Positions 9,720 to 18,447 of a DNA stretch of 64,000 nucleotides are shown here, piece after piece. The stretch lies in assembly GCA_963737065.1 (NCBI GenBank), contig CAVTRC010000001.1, positions 1,664,001 through 1,728,000 on the forward strand, given 5' to 3'. The DNA comes from Candidatus Eremiobacteria bacterium (GTDB lineage Bacteria > Vulcanimicrobiota > Vulcanimicrobiia > Vulcanimicrobiales > Vulcanimicrobiaceae). Within the stretch, counting starts at the first letter, position 1, and each line of letters starts with the position of its first letter. The notes under the pieces were generated by a model. That model was not told the DNA's origin. It saw nothing but the letters and a program-made list of their open reading frames with translations, and did no database searches. Position numbers and translations under genes: made by a program.

Positions 9720-10330
9720 TCGATTCGCGCGACCTCACGGTCATCGCGGCAACCGCACTCGAAGCGCGCGCGGTGCGCCGCGTGTGCCGGCAGCTCGCGG
9801 TCGTGGAGTCCGGAATTGCGCTCGCGAAACTCGACCGCTCGCGGTTGACCGATTCGGTTATCAGCTGCGGCGTTGCGGGCGGATTATCAGCGGAGCTGCC
9901 CACCGGCGCGGTTCTTATTCCGCGCGAGGTCGCGAGGGCGAACGGCGAGCGGCTCGCGTGCGACGCATCATTGCAACGCGCGCTCGTTGAGTCGTCGCGA
10001 CGCCTCGGATTCGAGCCGGTCGAAGCGCCGATGCTCACGAGCGCAGGGATCGTTCACGGCGCCGATCGCGCGCGTTTTTCACAACGCGGGTACACCGGCG
10101 TCGACATGGAGAGTGGACTTCTCACCGCGCCGCGCATCGCCGTCGTCCGCGTCATTCTCGACACGCCGCAACATGAACTTTCTGCAGCATGGGCGCGCCC
10201 CGCGTCCGCGCTGCTGAATCCATTTCTCTGGCCGCAAGCCGTGTGGCTCGCACGCAACGCACCGCGTTGCGCGCGCGTTGCAGCGCACATCATATGCGAA
10301 GCGCTAGAAGCCCCGCATGCGGCTGCGTAG
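9716..10330 (+). CDS. hpnG: HpnG-like nucleoside phosphorylase (adenosylhopane nucleosidase)
   Basis: SCGVAGGL, VDMES and VRVILDTP (PNP/UDP family); position after hpnH/hpnA. Confidence 0.75.
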   Translation: MIDSRDLTVIAATALEARAVRRVCRQLAVVESGIALAKLDRSRLTDSVISCGVAGGLSAELPTGAVLIPREVARANGERLACDASLQRALVESSRRLGFEPVEAPMLTSAGIVHGADRARFSQRGYTGVDMESGLLTAPRIAVVRVILDTPQHELSAAWARPASALLNPFLWPQAVWLARNAPRCARVAAHIICEALEAPHAAA

Positions 10331-11119
10331 CCAAGCTTTGTGCTGAGATGCGACGCGGGTCCACAGCGCGCTCATGCGATCCGTCTCCAGATCGAAGTGC
10401 TCGTTCAGGATGCGTGCGAGCGCATCGGCATTCGGAGCCGTCTCTTCACTCATCCCGGTATCGCTTTGAATTTGCAGCGCGGCATTCGTGAGCCGAACCA
10501 TCCCACGATCCGTTAACTTCGTGACGATGAGGTTCTGCACGAACGGCGATTCCGCCGTCGTCGCGAGTAAACGCGCCTTCGGCTCAAACTCTTCATACGC
10601 GCGCGGTTGCTCGGTGAAGTCGTACGTCGAGCCGTCCTGGCGATGATTGTGAAAGCGCCACCACTCGCCGTCGCGCGTTAAGCGAAACTCGAACCGCCCG
10701 TCAGAGAAAAGGCCCTCTTCGAGCGCCGCCGGCGTCAACATGCCGTTTCCGAATCCGACATCGGCCAGAAACGTCTTGTCGAGATGCACGATCAGCACGA
10801 GATGGTTCATCAGCGCCACGTCGCCGTTCTTTTCCCGGTGCACGGCGCCGCCCGCAAAATCAACGTCGAATCCGAGTTCGCGCAACGCCCAGCCGAACAG
10901 CCCGTTCATTTCGTAACACCATCCGCCGCGCCGCTCGTCGACGATCTTCTTGAAGACCGTATCGAGGTCGAACGACCGTCGAACGCCTAACTGAACGTCG
11001 AGGTTTTCGAACGGGATCGCAAGCAGATGCGCGCGGTGAAGGTTGCGCAGCGTTTGCCGCGATGGTGAGAGCGGACCACCGTAATTGATACGGCGAAGGT
11101 AGCGATGGAGCCGCGTCAC
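10304..11119 (-). CDS. Arylamine N-acetyltransferase
   Basis: IPFENL, RRGGWCYEMN (Cys), NHLVL (His) and ADVGFG (Asp) give the catalytic triad. Confidence 0.92.
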   Translation of the reverse strand: MTRLHRYLRRINYGGPLSPSRQTLRNLHRAHLLAIPFENLDVQLGVRRSFDLDTVFKKIVDERRGGWCYEMNGLFGWALRELGFDVDFAGGAVHREKNGDVALMNHLVLIVHLDKTFLADVGFGNGMLTPAALEEGLFSDGRFEFRLTRDGEWWRFHNHRQDGSTYDFTEQPRAYEEFEPKARLLATTAESPFVQNLIVTKLTDRGMVRLTNAALQIQSDTGMSEETAPNADALARILNEHFDLETDRMSALWTRVASQHKAWLRSRMRGF

Positions 11120-11128
11120 GCGATACGC

Positions 11129-12535
11129 TTACACCGCTTTCACCGCGGCGGTAAGTGCGTCCACCGATGCTTTGGCATCGCCGAAGAGCATTGCCGTATT
11201 CGGCATTTCGTAGAGCGGATTATCGATGCCCGCAAACCCCGAACGCATCGAGCGTTTCAGGACGATGACGTTGCCCGCCTTATCGACGTCGAGGATCGGC
11301 ATGCCGTAGATCGGCGAACTCGTGACGTTTCGCGCGGCCGGATTCGTGACGTCGTTCGCTCCGATGACGAGCGCGACGTCCGTCGTCGGAAATTCTGCGT
11401 TTGCGGCGTCGAGATCGAGAAGTTCTTCGTACGGGACGTTCGATTCGGCCAGCAAGACGTTCATATGTCCCGGCATACGGCCGGCAACGGGATGGATCGA
11501 ATAAAACACGTGGACGCCGCGCTTCTCGAGTTGATCCGCGAGCGCTTTCACGCTGTGCTGCGCCTGCGCGACCGCCATGCCGTACCCGGGCACGAACATG
11601 ACTTTGTTCGCATAGGCAAGCATGATCGCAACGTCGTCGGCATTGATGCTGCGGACGTTTTGCTGACCGCCGGCGGTCGCAGCCGCCGATTGGCTTCCGC
11701 CCGCCGCACCGAATGCCCCGAAGAGCACGTTCGTGAGCGGACGATTCATCGCTTTACTCATGTCGACCGTCAAAATCGTACCGCTCGCGCCGACGAGCGC
11801 GCCGCAGATGATGAGCAGCACGGAGTCGAGTTCGAATCCGGTGATCGCAACGGCAAGACCGGTGAACGAGTTTAGTAGCGAGATCACGACCGGCATATCG
11901 GCTCCGCCGATCGGTAAAACGAAGAGCACGCCGAGAGCAAGCGCCGAGGCGAGCAATCCGAGGAAGGCTCCGGCCGGCAGTGTGCCGGACGTCGCGATAA
12001 ACCACACGCCGAGTGCAACAATCGCGAGCGCGATCAGCGCGTTGACGATTTGCTGTCCCGGATATGTGATGGGGCGCCCGGTCATCACCTCTTGTAACTT
12101 GAGGAAAGCGATGATCGAGCCCGCAATGCTGATCGCACCGATGATCATCGATAAGACGAGCGAGACGGAAACGACCGGCGTGAAGACGTTTGCGCTCTGC
12201 AGCGAGACATAGTATTCTACGACGCCGATCGTTGCGGCCGCGCCGCCGCCGGCGCCGTTGTAAAGCGCGACCATTTGCGGCATCGCGGTCATCTTGACGC
12301 GCACCGCGGCGATGATGCCGACCGCGGCGCCGACGATGATGCCGATCGCAATCGGCCACCAACCGATGCCCGCGGTTTGCACGAGCACGATGACAAGCGC
12401 GATCAACATGCCGACCGCCGCGAGCCGATTACCGAACCGCGCGGTCGGTGGCGCGTTGAGAAAATGCAGGCCGAGAATGAACAGTGCGATGGCGACGAGA
12501 TCGAGCAGCGACGCGGTAAGCGCTGACGCCGTCAC
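11129..12535 (-). CDS. pntB: NAD(P) transhydrogenase subunit beta
   Basis: MTAMPQMVA, IGGADMPVVISLLNS, PGYGMAVAQAQH and HPVAGRMPGHMNVLLAE; GTG 12535 overlaps the upstream TAG. Confidence 0.96.
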   Translation of the reverse strand: MTASALTASLLDLVAIALFILGLHFLNAPPTARFGNRLAAVGMLIALVIVLVQTAGIGWWPIAIGIIVGAAVGIIAAVRVKMTAMPQMVALYNGAGGGAAATIGVVEYYVSLQSANVFTPVVSVSLVLSMIIGAISIAGSIIAFLKLQEVMTGRPITYPGQQIVNALIALAIVALGVWFIATSGTLPAGAFLGLLASALALGVLFVLPIGGADMPVVISLLNSFTGLAVAITGFELDSVLLIICGALVGASGTILTVDMSKAMNRPLTNVLFGAFGAAGGSQSAAATAGGQQNVRSINADDVAIMLAYANKVMFVPGYGMAVAQAQHSVKALADQLEKRGVHVFYSIHPVAGRMPGHMNVLLAESNVPYEELLDLDAANAEFPTTDVALVIGANDVTNPAARNVTSSPIYGMPILDVDKAGNVIVLKRSMRSGFAGIDNPLYEMPNTAMLFGDAKASVDALTAAVKAV

Positions 12536-12847
12536 TACTTGCTCTCCTTGCGCCGGAACATCTGCAGCATCCGTTCGGTGACGGCGAACCCGCCGAACAC
12601 ATTGATCGCGCCGAGCGTGACGGCGATGATCGCGAGGACCGTTGCCGCGACATGGTTGCCGCCGGCCGAAAAGAGCGCCGCGGTAACGGCGATTGCGCCG
12701 GCGAGCACGATACCGTGGATCGCGTTCGTCGCCGACATGAGCGGCGTATGCAGCGTCGTCGGGAACTTTCGAGATCACTTCGAAGCCGACGAACACCGCC
12801 AGCACGAACACGGTGAGAAGCTCGATGAAATGACTCACGTCGGTCAC
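12535..12847 (-). CDS. pntA: NAD(P) transhydrogenase subunit alpha part 2, with an apparent +1 frameshift
   Basis: FVLAVFVGFEVISKVP is in one frame and TTLHTPLMSATNAIHG...NVFGGFAVTERMLQMF in another. One extra base in GGG 12761-12763; span is 313 nt (312+1). Confidence 0.88.
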
Positions 12848-13965
12848 GATGCGGAACCTCCGGCCAGTGCCTGCCCGTCGCGCGTAATGCACGCGCCTTT
12901 GATGACGTCGTCGTTGAAATCCAGGGCTATCGCGCCGTCTTTGATAAACGGCGAGAGCAAGGCGTAAACGTTGCGCGAGTAGAGCTGGCTCGCGTTGTGC
13001 GGCATCGTCGACGCCAGGTTTGTCGTGCCGATGATCGTCACGCCGTTGCCGGTGACGATCGTTTCGTCCGGTTTCGTCAGCGCCGCATTGCCGCCGGCTT
13101 CCGCCGCGAGATCGACGATCACCGAGCCGGGTTTCATTGCGGCGATCGCCGCGTCGCTGATCAGAATCGGCGCCCGGCGACCGGGGACGAGCGCGGTCGT
13201 AACGACGACGTCGTTCTTGCCGATTTGCTCGACCATCCACGCGCGTTGGCGCTCTTGCTGTTCCGGGGTCAACTCTTTTGCGTAGCCGCCCGCGCCTTCC
13301 GCGCTTTCGCCGAGATTGAATTCAAGGAACGTCGCGCCGAGCGACTGCACTTGTTCTTTCACGACCGCGCGCACGTCGTAGCCGCTCACCACGGCACCGA
13401 GCCGCCGCGCGGTCGCGATTGCTTGCAAACCCGCAACGCCCGCGCCCAAGATCAACGCGCGCGCCGGCGGAATCGTGCCGGCCGCGGTCGTGAGCATCGG
13501 GAAGAATTTCGGCAATGCTGCAGCTGCGAGCAATACTGCTTTATATCCCGCGATGTTGCTTTGCGAGGACAGAGCATCCATCGACTGCGCGCGCGTTATG
13601 CGCGGAATCATCTCCATCGCAAGCGCCGTAACGCCGGCGGACGCGAGCTTCTGTACGATGCCGGGATCCCCGAGCGGATTCAAAAAGCCGACGAGGATCG
13701 AGCCCGGCCGCAGTTGCGCAAAAAACTCAGGCGCCTCTTTGCCCACGGTCACGACGACGTCGGCGGAAGAAAGAAGAGCGGCCGGGTCATCAACGATCGA
13801 TGCGCCGGCCTTCTCGTATTCTCGATCGGGAAAGGCGGCGGAAACTCCGGCGCCGCGCGCAATGCGAACCTCCGCACCGGATTTCACAAGCCGTTGTGCG
13901 GTCTCCGGGACGAGCGCCACTCGGCGTTCGCTTAGAGCACTCTCTCGCGGAACGGCGACGATCAT
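12844..13965 (-). CDS. pntA: NAD(P) transhydrogenase subunit alpha part 1
   Basis: ERRVALVP, PRITRAQSMDALSS, GAGVAGLQAI and DLAAEAGGN motifs. Confidence 0.96.
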   Translation of the reverse strand: MIVAVPRESALSERRVALVPETAQRLVKSGAEVRIARGAGVSAAFPDREYEKAGASIVDDPAALLSSADVVVTVGKEAPEFFAQLRPGSILVGFLNPLGDPGIVQKLASAGVTALAMEMIPRITRAQSMDALSSQSNIAGYKAVLLAAAALPKFFPMLTTAAGTIPPARALILGAGVAGLQAIATARRLGAVVSGYDVRAVVKEQVQSLGATFLEFNLGESAEGAGGYAKELTPEQQERQRAWMVEQIGKNDVVVTTALVPGRRAPILISDAAIAAMKPGSVIVDLAAEAGGNAALTKPDETIVTGNGVTIIGTTNLASTMPHNASQLYSRNVYALLSPFIKDGAIALDFNDDVIKGACITRDGQALAGGSAS

Positions 13966-14004
13966 GTCGCGTGCGTTCCCGCGCGCGATTACCCCATCCT
14001 GCGG

Positions 14005-14373
14005 CTAAGGTACGAGCGACAAAACGATGATGACGAGAAATACAACCGCGCCGCCGAGATGCGCACCGTGTTCGCTGCGCAGCCGCCGCGAAAACGTTAC
14101 CGCGAGGAAAAAGTCGGCGATCGACAGCGCCAATCCGATGATGCAGAGAAAGAGCACCTCGATCAGATCTTGACGGAATGCAATAAACGCTAAGATGATA
14201 CCGAACGCGATGTCGCGCGCACCGGTCGCGCGCACCCAGACGAGCGCTGCGCGATCGCGCGCCTCCACGCCGTACGTGCGCGCCAAACGGCGCGGAGAGA
14301 TCAGCGCGAGCGCGCCGACCGCGAACAGTCCGATGGCCGCCAGGCCGCAGAGTTTGAGCGCAACGTCAATCAA
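14005..14373 (-). CDS. DUF4267-like small membrane protein
   Basis: Four hydrophobic segments with P...YG and GARDIAFG motifs. Confidence 0.7.
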   Translation of the reverse strand: MIDVALKLCGLAAIGLFAVGALALISPRRLARTYGVEARDRAALVWVRATGARDIAFGIILAFIAFRQDLIEVLFLCIIGLALSIADFFLAVTFSRRLRSEHGAHLGGAVVFLVIIVLSLVP

Positions 14374-15214
14374 TGGAGATCCGGTTTTTCAGGACTCCGA
14401 TCTTTTCGATGTCGACTTCCATGCTGTCGCCGTCGCGGAGAAATTCGGGAGGCGTTCGCGCGAAGCCGACGCCTTCGGGCGTGCCGGTCGCGATGACGTC
14501 ACCCGGCTCGAGCGTCATGCCCTTCGAGAGCTCCGCGATCAGGCGAGGGATGCGGAAGATCATGTTGGCGGTGTTGCTGCGTTGCTTCTCGACGCCGTTG
14601 ACTCGAAATGCGATTTGCAGCATCTGCGGGTCGCCGATTTCATCGGCAGAGACGATCCACGGGCCGATCGGCGCGCAATCGTCGAGGCTCTTGCCCTTGA
14701 ACCATTGAAGATGCGCCCGCTGCAAATCGCGTGCGGTGACGTCGTTGAACGCGGTGTAACCGAAAACGACGGCGTGCGCGTCGGCTTCGCTCACGTCTTT
14801 GCAACGCGCGCCGATGATGACGCCGAGTTCCGCTTCGAAGTCGTATTCACTCGAAACGTGGGCGTCGAGATGCAATGTTGCATCCGGCGCTGCGATGGCC
14901 GTTGGTGCTTTTGTGAAGAACGTCGGAACGTCTGGCAGTTTTAACTCACGACCGGACGCCCGCGCGCCTTCTTTCGCGTGTTCGAGATAATTGCGTCCCA
15001 CACAAAAGATATTGCGGCGCGGACGCAGCGGGGCATCGAACGTAACGTTCGCGAGCGGCGTTAATTCATCGCCGGAGTGCCATGCGACACGTTCGTGCGG
15101 CGCAAGAGCGATATACTCGAGAAGCGTCGGCGTTGAGATCGTGCGAACGCCATCGCCCTCGATGACGCCCGGACGAAACCGGCCGTCACGCGTACGAAAC
15201 GTAACAAAGCGCAT
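14366..15214 (-). CDS. Fumarylacetoacetate hydrolase family protein
   Basis: CVGRNY, DFEAELGVIIG, NDVTARD, KGKSLD and GDVIATGTPEGVG motifs. Confidence 0.93.
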   Translation of the reverse strand: MRFVTFRTRDGRFRPGVIEGDGVRTISTPTLLEYIALAPHERVAWHSGDELTPLANVTFDAPLRPRRNIFCVGRNYLEHAKEGARASGRELKLPDVPTFFTKAPTAIAAPDATLHLDAHVSSEYDFEAELGVIIGARCKDVSEADAHAVVFGYTAFNDVTARDLQRAHLQWFKGKSLDDCAPIGPWIVSADEIGDPQMLQIAFRVNGVEKQRSNTANMIFRIPRLIAELSKGMTLEPGDVIATGTPEGVGFARTPPEFLRDGDSMEVDIEKIGVLKNRISID

Positions 15215-15234
15215 CGTCAGGGCTCCCTAATGGA

Positions 15235-15450
15235 TCATTCCTTGCGGCTGGTGAGATGCCACAGCGCGCAATACCGGCACTGATAGATCGAAAGGCGGCC
15301 GATCGTGCCGTTCGTGAGCATCGCCGCGTGCGCATGCGCTTCGCTTTCATAGGCAGCTTTCGACGTGCAACTGCGCTCGCGTCCGCCGCCGTCGTCGAGA
15401 AATGGAATCCGAGGAAGCGGCTTACGGCCGGTGCGTCGGCGATGGGGCAA
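15235..15450 (-). CDS. Small hypothetical protein, putative Zn-binding (C...YxCxxCxxWH)
   Basis: CTSKAAY...IYQCRYCALWHLTS; fills the gap between co-oriented genes. Confidence 0.6.
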   Translation of the reverse strand: MPHRRRTGRKPLPRIPFLDDGGGRERSCTSKAAYESEAHAHAAMLTNGTIGRLSIYQCRYCALWHLTSRKE

Positions 15451-15982
15451 CGATTTTGTTGAGATCGGGCAGGGCGTTGTTCTTCTTTTGTTGCTCTTGC
15501 TGTTGTTTTTGTGCCGACGCGCGCGATTCGGCTTCGGCTTTGTTCATCATATCGGTTGCAGCACCGAGTTTATCGCCCCAGTTCCCGCCGCGGGAGATGA
15601 TGTCGACGCCGCGATGCACGTCGTGTGTTTTCGGATCGTAATCGTACGTCACCTTATACAAACCGACTTCCGCCGTACCGTCGGCGTGACGGATCCACAT
15701 TTGCAGGACGTTGCCGTACGTTTGCGCGTTGAACGTCAGACACGGTTGTTGCTGGTTTTTCGGGCACTGCTTTGCCGAGTGCCCGGACTTCACACGTACG
15801 ACTTGACCCTTTTTGTTCACCTCGACCACGAAGTCGGTGTGCATCTTGTACGGCGGCATGTACGGCGTCGGCAGTGGGCGTGGCGTTCCGTGCGGCGCCG
15901 GCGTCGCCGCGGTAACCGGAGCAAGCGTTGTGGCGAGCGAAACGCCGAGCGCGAACGCCCAGCCGGCAAATCGGATCTTCAT
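15422..15982 (-). CDS. Exported hypothetical protein
   Basis: Signal peptide MKIRFAGWAFALGVSLA, Pro/Thr linker and Q-rich tail. Confidence 0.7.
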   Translation of the reverse strand: MKIRFAGWAFALGVSLATTLAPVTAATPAPHGTPRPLPTPYMPPYKMHTDFVVEVNKKGQVVRVKSGHSAKQCPKNQQQPCLTFNAQTYGNVLQMWIRHADGTAEVGLYKVTYDYDPKTHDVHRGVDIISRGGNWGDKLGAATDMMNKAEAESRASAQKQQQEQQKKNNALPDLNKIVAPSPTHRP

Positions 15983-16082
15983 GACTGCTTTCGAAACGGC
16001 AAAAATCCGGTCTGGAGTTCCCGGAGCAGCCAAGCTGTTCCCCCGGGACGTTCGCGCAGACGGCGCGAAGCAATCCGGTGTC

Positions 16083-18440
16083 GTGCCGTTCCATCGCTTC
16101 CTTATCGCAGCGTGCGTTGCGCTGTTCGTCGCCGTTGGTCCCGCGTCCGCGGCACGGCAAATCGTCGATCTTCACAAGCTGGACGCCTACTTCGCGCTCT
16201 TTGCGAGCGATTCGAACGTTCCGTGGAAGCCGACGGTCGTTCGTCTTGACACCTACTCGAGCGCTCCGGTGCAATTCAGCGTGTATCAAGTGCATCCCGG
16301 TGATGTGTTGACCGCGGGAAACAATACGCGTGCGCGCGCCATCGACACGCGCGCAAAAACGCCGATCGCGAAGTTCAGCTACACGCCTCCCGGCGGCTAT
16401 CAGTTCCAAGCGAATCAAGTAACGGTTCCGCTGGGTTCGCGCGAAGGGTTTTTCGTCGTCGAAGCGCGGCGCGGCAACGTCGGCGAGCAGGTCTGGATCA
16501 ATCGCACGCGCGTGGGACTCGCCACAAAAGAAACACCCGGCGAACTTCTCGTCTACGGCGCGGATCTTGGAACGGGACGCGCGCTCGCGCACATGCGCGT
16601 GCAATTTGTCGTAAACGGAAACTTCGCGACACGCGAGACGGATTCGCACGGTATCGTCCGGTGGAACCATTCGCCGCGCCCGATCTTCGCGCTCGCGCAA
16701 TGGGGCGAAAACTACGCGTTCACGAGTTTGCTTCCGCAAGCACCGTTGCCCCCGGCGATCGTCGGCGTGCGAAGCGACACTGCGGTCGTGCATGCGGGCG
16801 ACGACGTGCGCATCGTCGGATTTGCGCGCACGCGGGCCGGTTCTACGATGAAAGCGGCAGCGGGAACCGCCAACGTCTCGATGCGGTTGGGCGGAACGCT
16901 CGTCGCTCAAGCTCAAGCGCCGCTCGATGATGCAGGCGCGTTCAGTGCGACGCTTGGCGTGCCGGCGAATGCAACGGCCGGTGATTATGCGGTGCTGGCG
17001 CAAGTCGGCCGCGGCGTCGGTGGCGCGACGGTTCACGTCGATGCAAACGCAAACGGGCTCTCGCTCAACGTCGCAAGCGGCTGCGAAAATGCCTGCGATC
17101 CGAGCGCCCCGGTTCCGCTCGACATCACGGCGTCGCGCGGTGACACACCCGTCCACATCACGGTCGTGCGGTCGCCGCATGTCTACGTAGGCTACGCTCC
17201 GGACACGCTTCCGTGGGCGACGACGAAGTGGATCGACCAAACGTTACGCACGGACGCGAACGGACGCGCCGTCGTGATGATCGCGCCGCCAACCGACGGT
17301 CTTTCGTCGACGTACGGCGTTCGCGTCGAAGCGTTGGGCGCAACGGCGGTCACGCGTATTCTCGTGCCGACGTCGCGTTTTACGATTCGGCTGCTACTCG
17401 ACCGCTCGGAACAGACGCTCGGAACGCCGATCAACTTCGACGTCTACGCCAACGAAATTTCGAGCGGCAAACCGCTGGCGGCAGCACAGGTGACGGCGAC
17501 GCTCTCGCACGGTCCCTCGACGCAACAACAAATGCTGACGCTGGACCGTAACGGTCACGCGCACGGAACGTTCAACTCGCCCGTGCTCGGCATGAATCTC
17601 GTGATGGCGACGATCGATAGCGGCGCCGGCAAATCGGCGGACGCCGGTCAAGTCGACGTCGTTCCGCAGGCGAGTGACGATGCAGCGGAAAGCGGCAGTT
17701 CGGATGCCCACGTGTCGCTCGACAAGAGTCTCTATCACGCGGGCGAGGAGGTACGCGTCACCGCATCATTGCCCGGCGCGACGGGCGACGCTCTGATAAC
17801 GCTCGAGAGCGCGCTCGGATCGCAAACGGCCGTCTCTCGCGTGAGCGGCGGCCACACCGAGAGCTCGTTGAAAGTAAACGATGCGCCGGGCGACCTACGC
17901 GTCGGCGCGATCTTCGTTCGTGACGGTGCGATCGAATGGACGAGCGTTCCGCTCGCCGTTGACGCGCCGGGACGTCCCGAGTCCGTTCCGCTCGGGATAG
18001 ACGCAACGCAATTTTCGCCGGGTGCATCGGCCTCCGTGACGCTGCGCGATACGCGCGATGTGCCCGGCACGGTGATCGTTCGCGTCAGTCGCGGCGCACC
18101 GTCCGGAAGCGCGCTCTTCGATTCGGCGCCGTCGTTGCTCGCCGTGGGCGTCGCGGCAACGCAGGTTAGTGCGCCGTCGGGACGCACGTGGCATCCGTGG
18201 GTGGACTCGTCGGGCGAACACGCGCAAGTCCTCGGGTTCGTGCGCCGCACGCAGCCGCCGCAAGATCTCACCGTCTCCGAAGCCGATACGCAAGTCGTAT
18301 CGTGGACCGTCGTACGCGACACGGGAAATGCGCTTCCGTTTCAACTGCCGCAAACGCGGGGGCGATATACCGTCTCCGTCTTGAAAATCGCCGATGACGG
18401 CCGCGTCGTCGCGGCGTCCTCATCGATTCTGGTGCAATAG
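16083..18440 (+). CDS. Alpha-2-macroglobulin-like exported protein (MG domains only, ~785 aa)
   Basis: Signal peptide; LLVYGADLGTGRAL...TDSHGIVRW (MG1-like), VHAGDDVRIVGFAR...LDDAGAFS (MG2-like) and LDKSLYHAGEEVRV...ALITLE (bait-region domain-like). No CxEQ motif. Confidence 0.7.
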   Translation: MPFHRFLIAACVALFVAVGPASAARQIVDLHKLDAYFALFASDSNVPWKPTVVRLDTYSSAPVQFSVYQVHPGDVLTAGNNTRARAIDTRAKTPIAKFSYTPPGGYQFQANQVTVPLGSREGFFVVEARRGNVGEQVWINRTRVGLATKETPGELLVYGADLGTGRALAHMRVQFVVNGNFATRETDSHGIVRWNHSPRPIFALAQWGENYAFTSLLPQAPLPPAIVGVRSDTAVVHAGDDVRIVGFARTRAGSTMKAAAGTANVSMRLGGTLVAQAQAPLDDAGAFSATLGVPANATAGDYAVLAQVGRGVGGATVHVDANANGLSLNVASGCENACDPSAPVPLDITASRGDTPVHITVVRSPHVYVGYAPDTLPWATTKWIDQTLRTDANGRAVVMIAPPTDGLSSTYGVRVEALGATAVTRILVPTSRFTIRLLLDRSEQTLGTPINFDVYANEISSGKPLAAAQVTATLSHGPSTQQQMLTLDRNGHAHGTFNSPVLGMNLVMATIDSGAGKSADAGQVDVVPQASDDAAESGSSDAHVSLDKSLYHAGEEVRVTASLPGATGDALITLESALGSQTAVSRVSGGHTESSLKVNDAPGDLRVGAIFVRDGAIEWTSVPLAVDAPGRPESVPLGIDATQFSPGASASVTLRDTRDVPGTVIVRVSRGAPSGSALFDSAPSLLAVGVAATQVSAPSGRTWHPWVDSSGEHAQVLGFVRRTQPPQDLTVSEADTQVVSWTVVRDTGNALPFQLPQTRGRYTVSVLKIADDGRVVAASSSILVQ

Positions 18441-18447
18441 GGACGAA

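Noticed and set aside
11129..13240. 703-aa PntB fusion ORF
   Set aside because: Produced by the pntA2 frameshift plus alternate-frame read-through over pntA1.
15654..17240. 528-aa minus-strand ORF and similar long antisense ORFs elsewhere
   Set aside because: Typical high-GC shadow ORFs opposite well-supported genes; no motifs.
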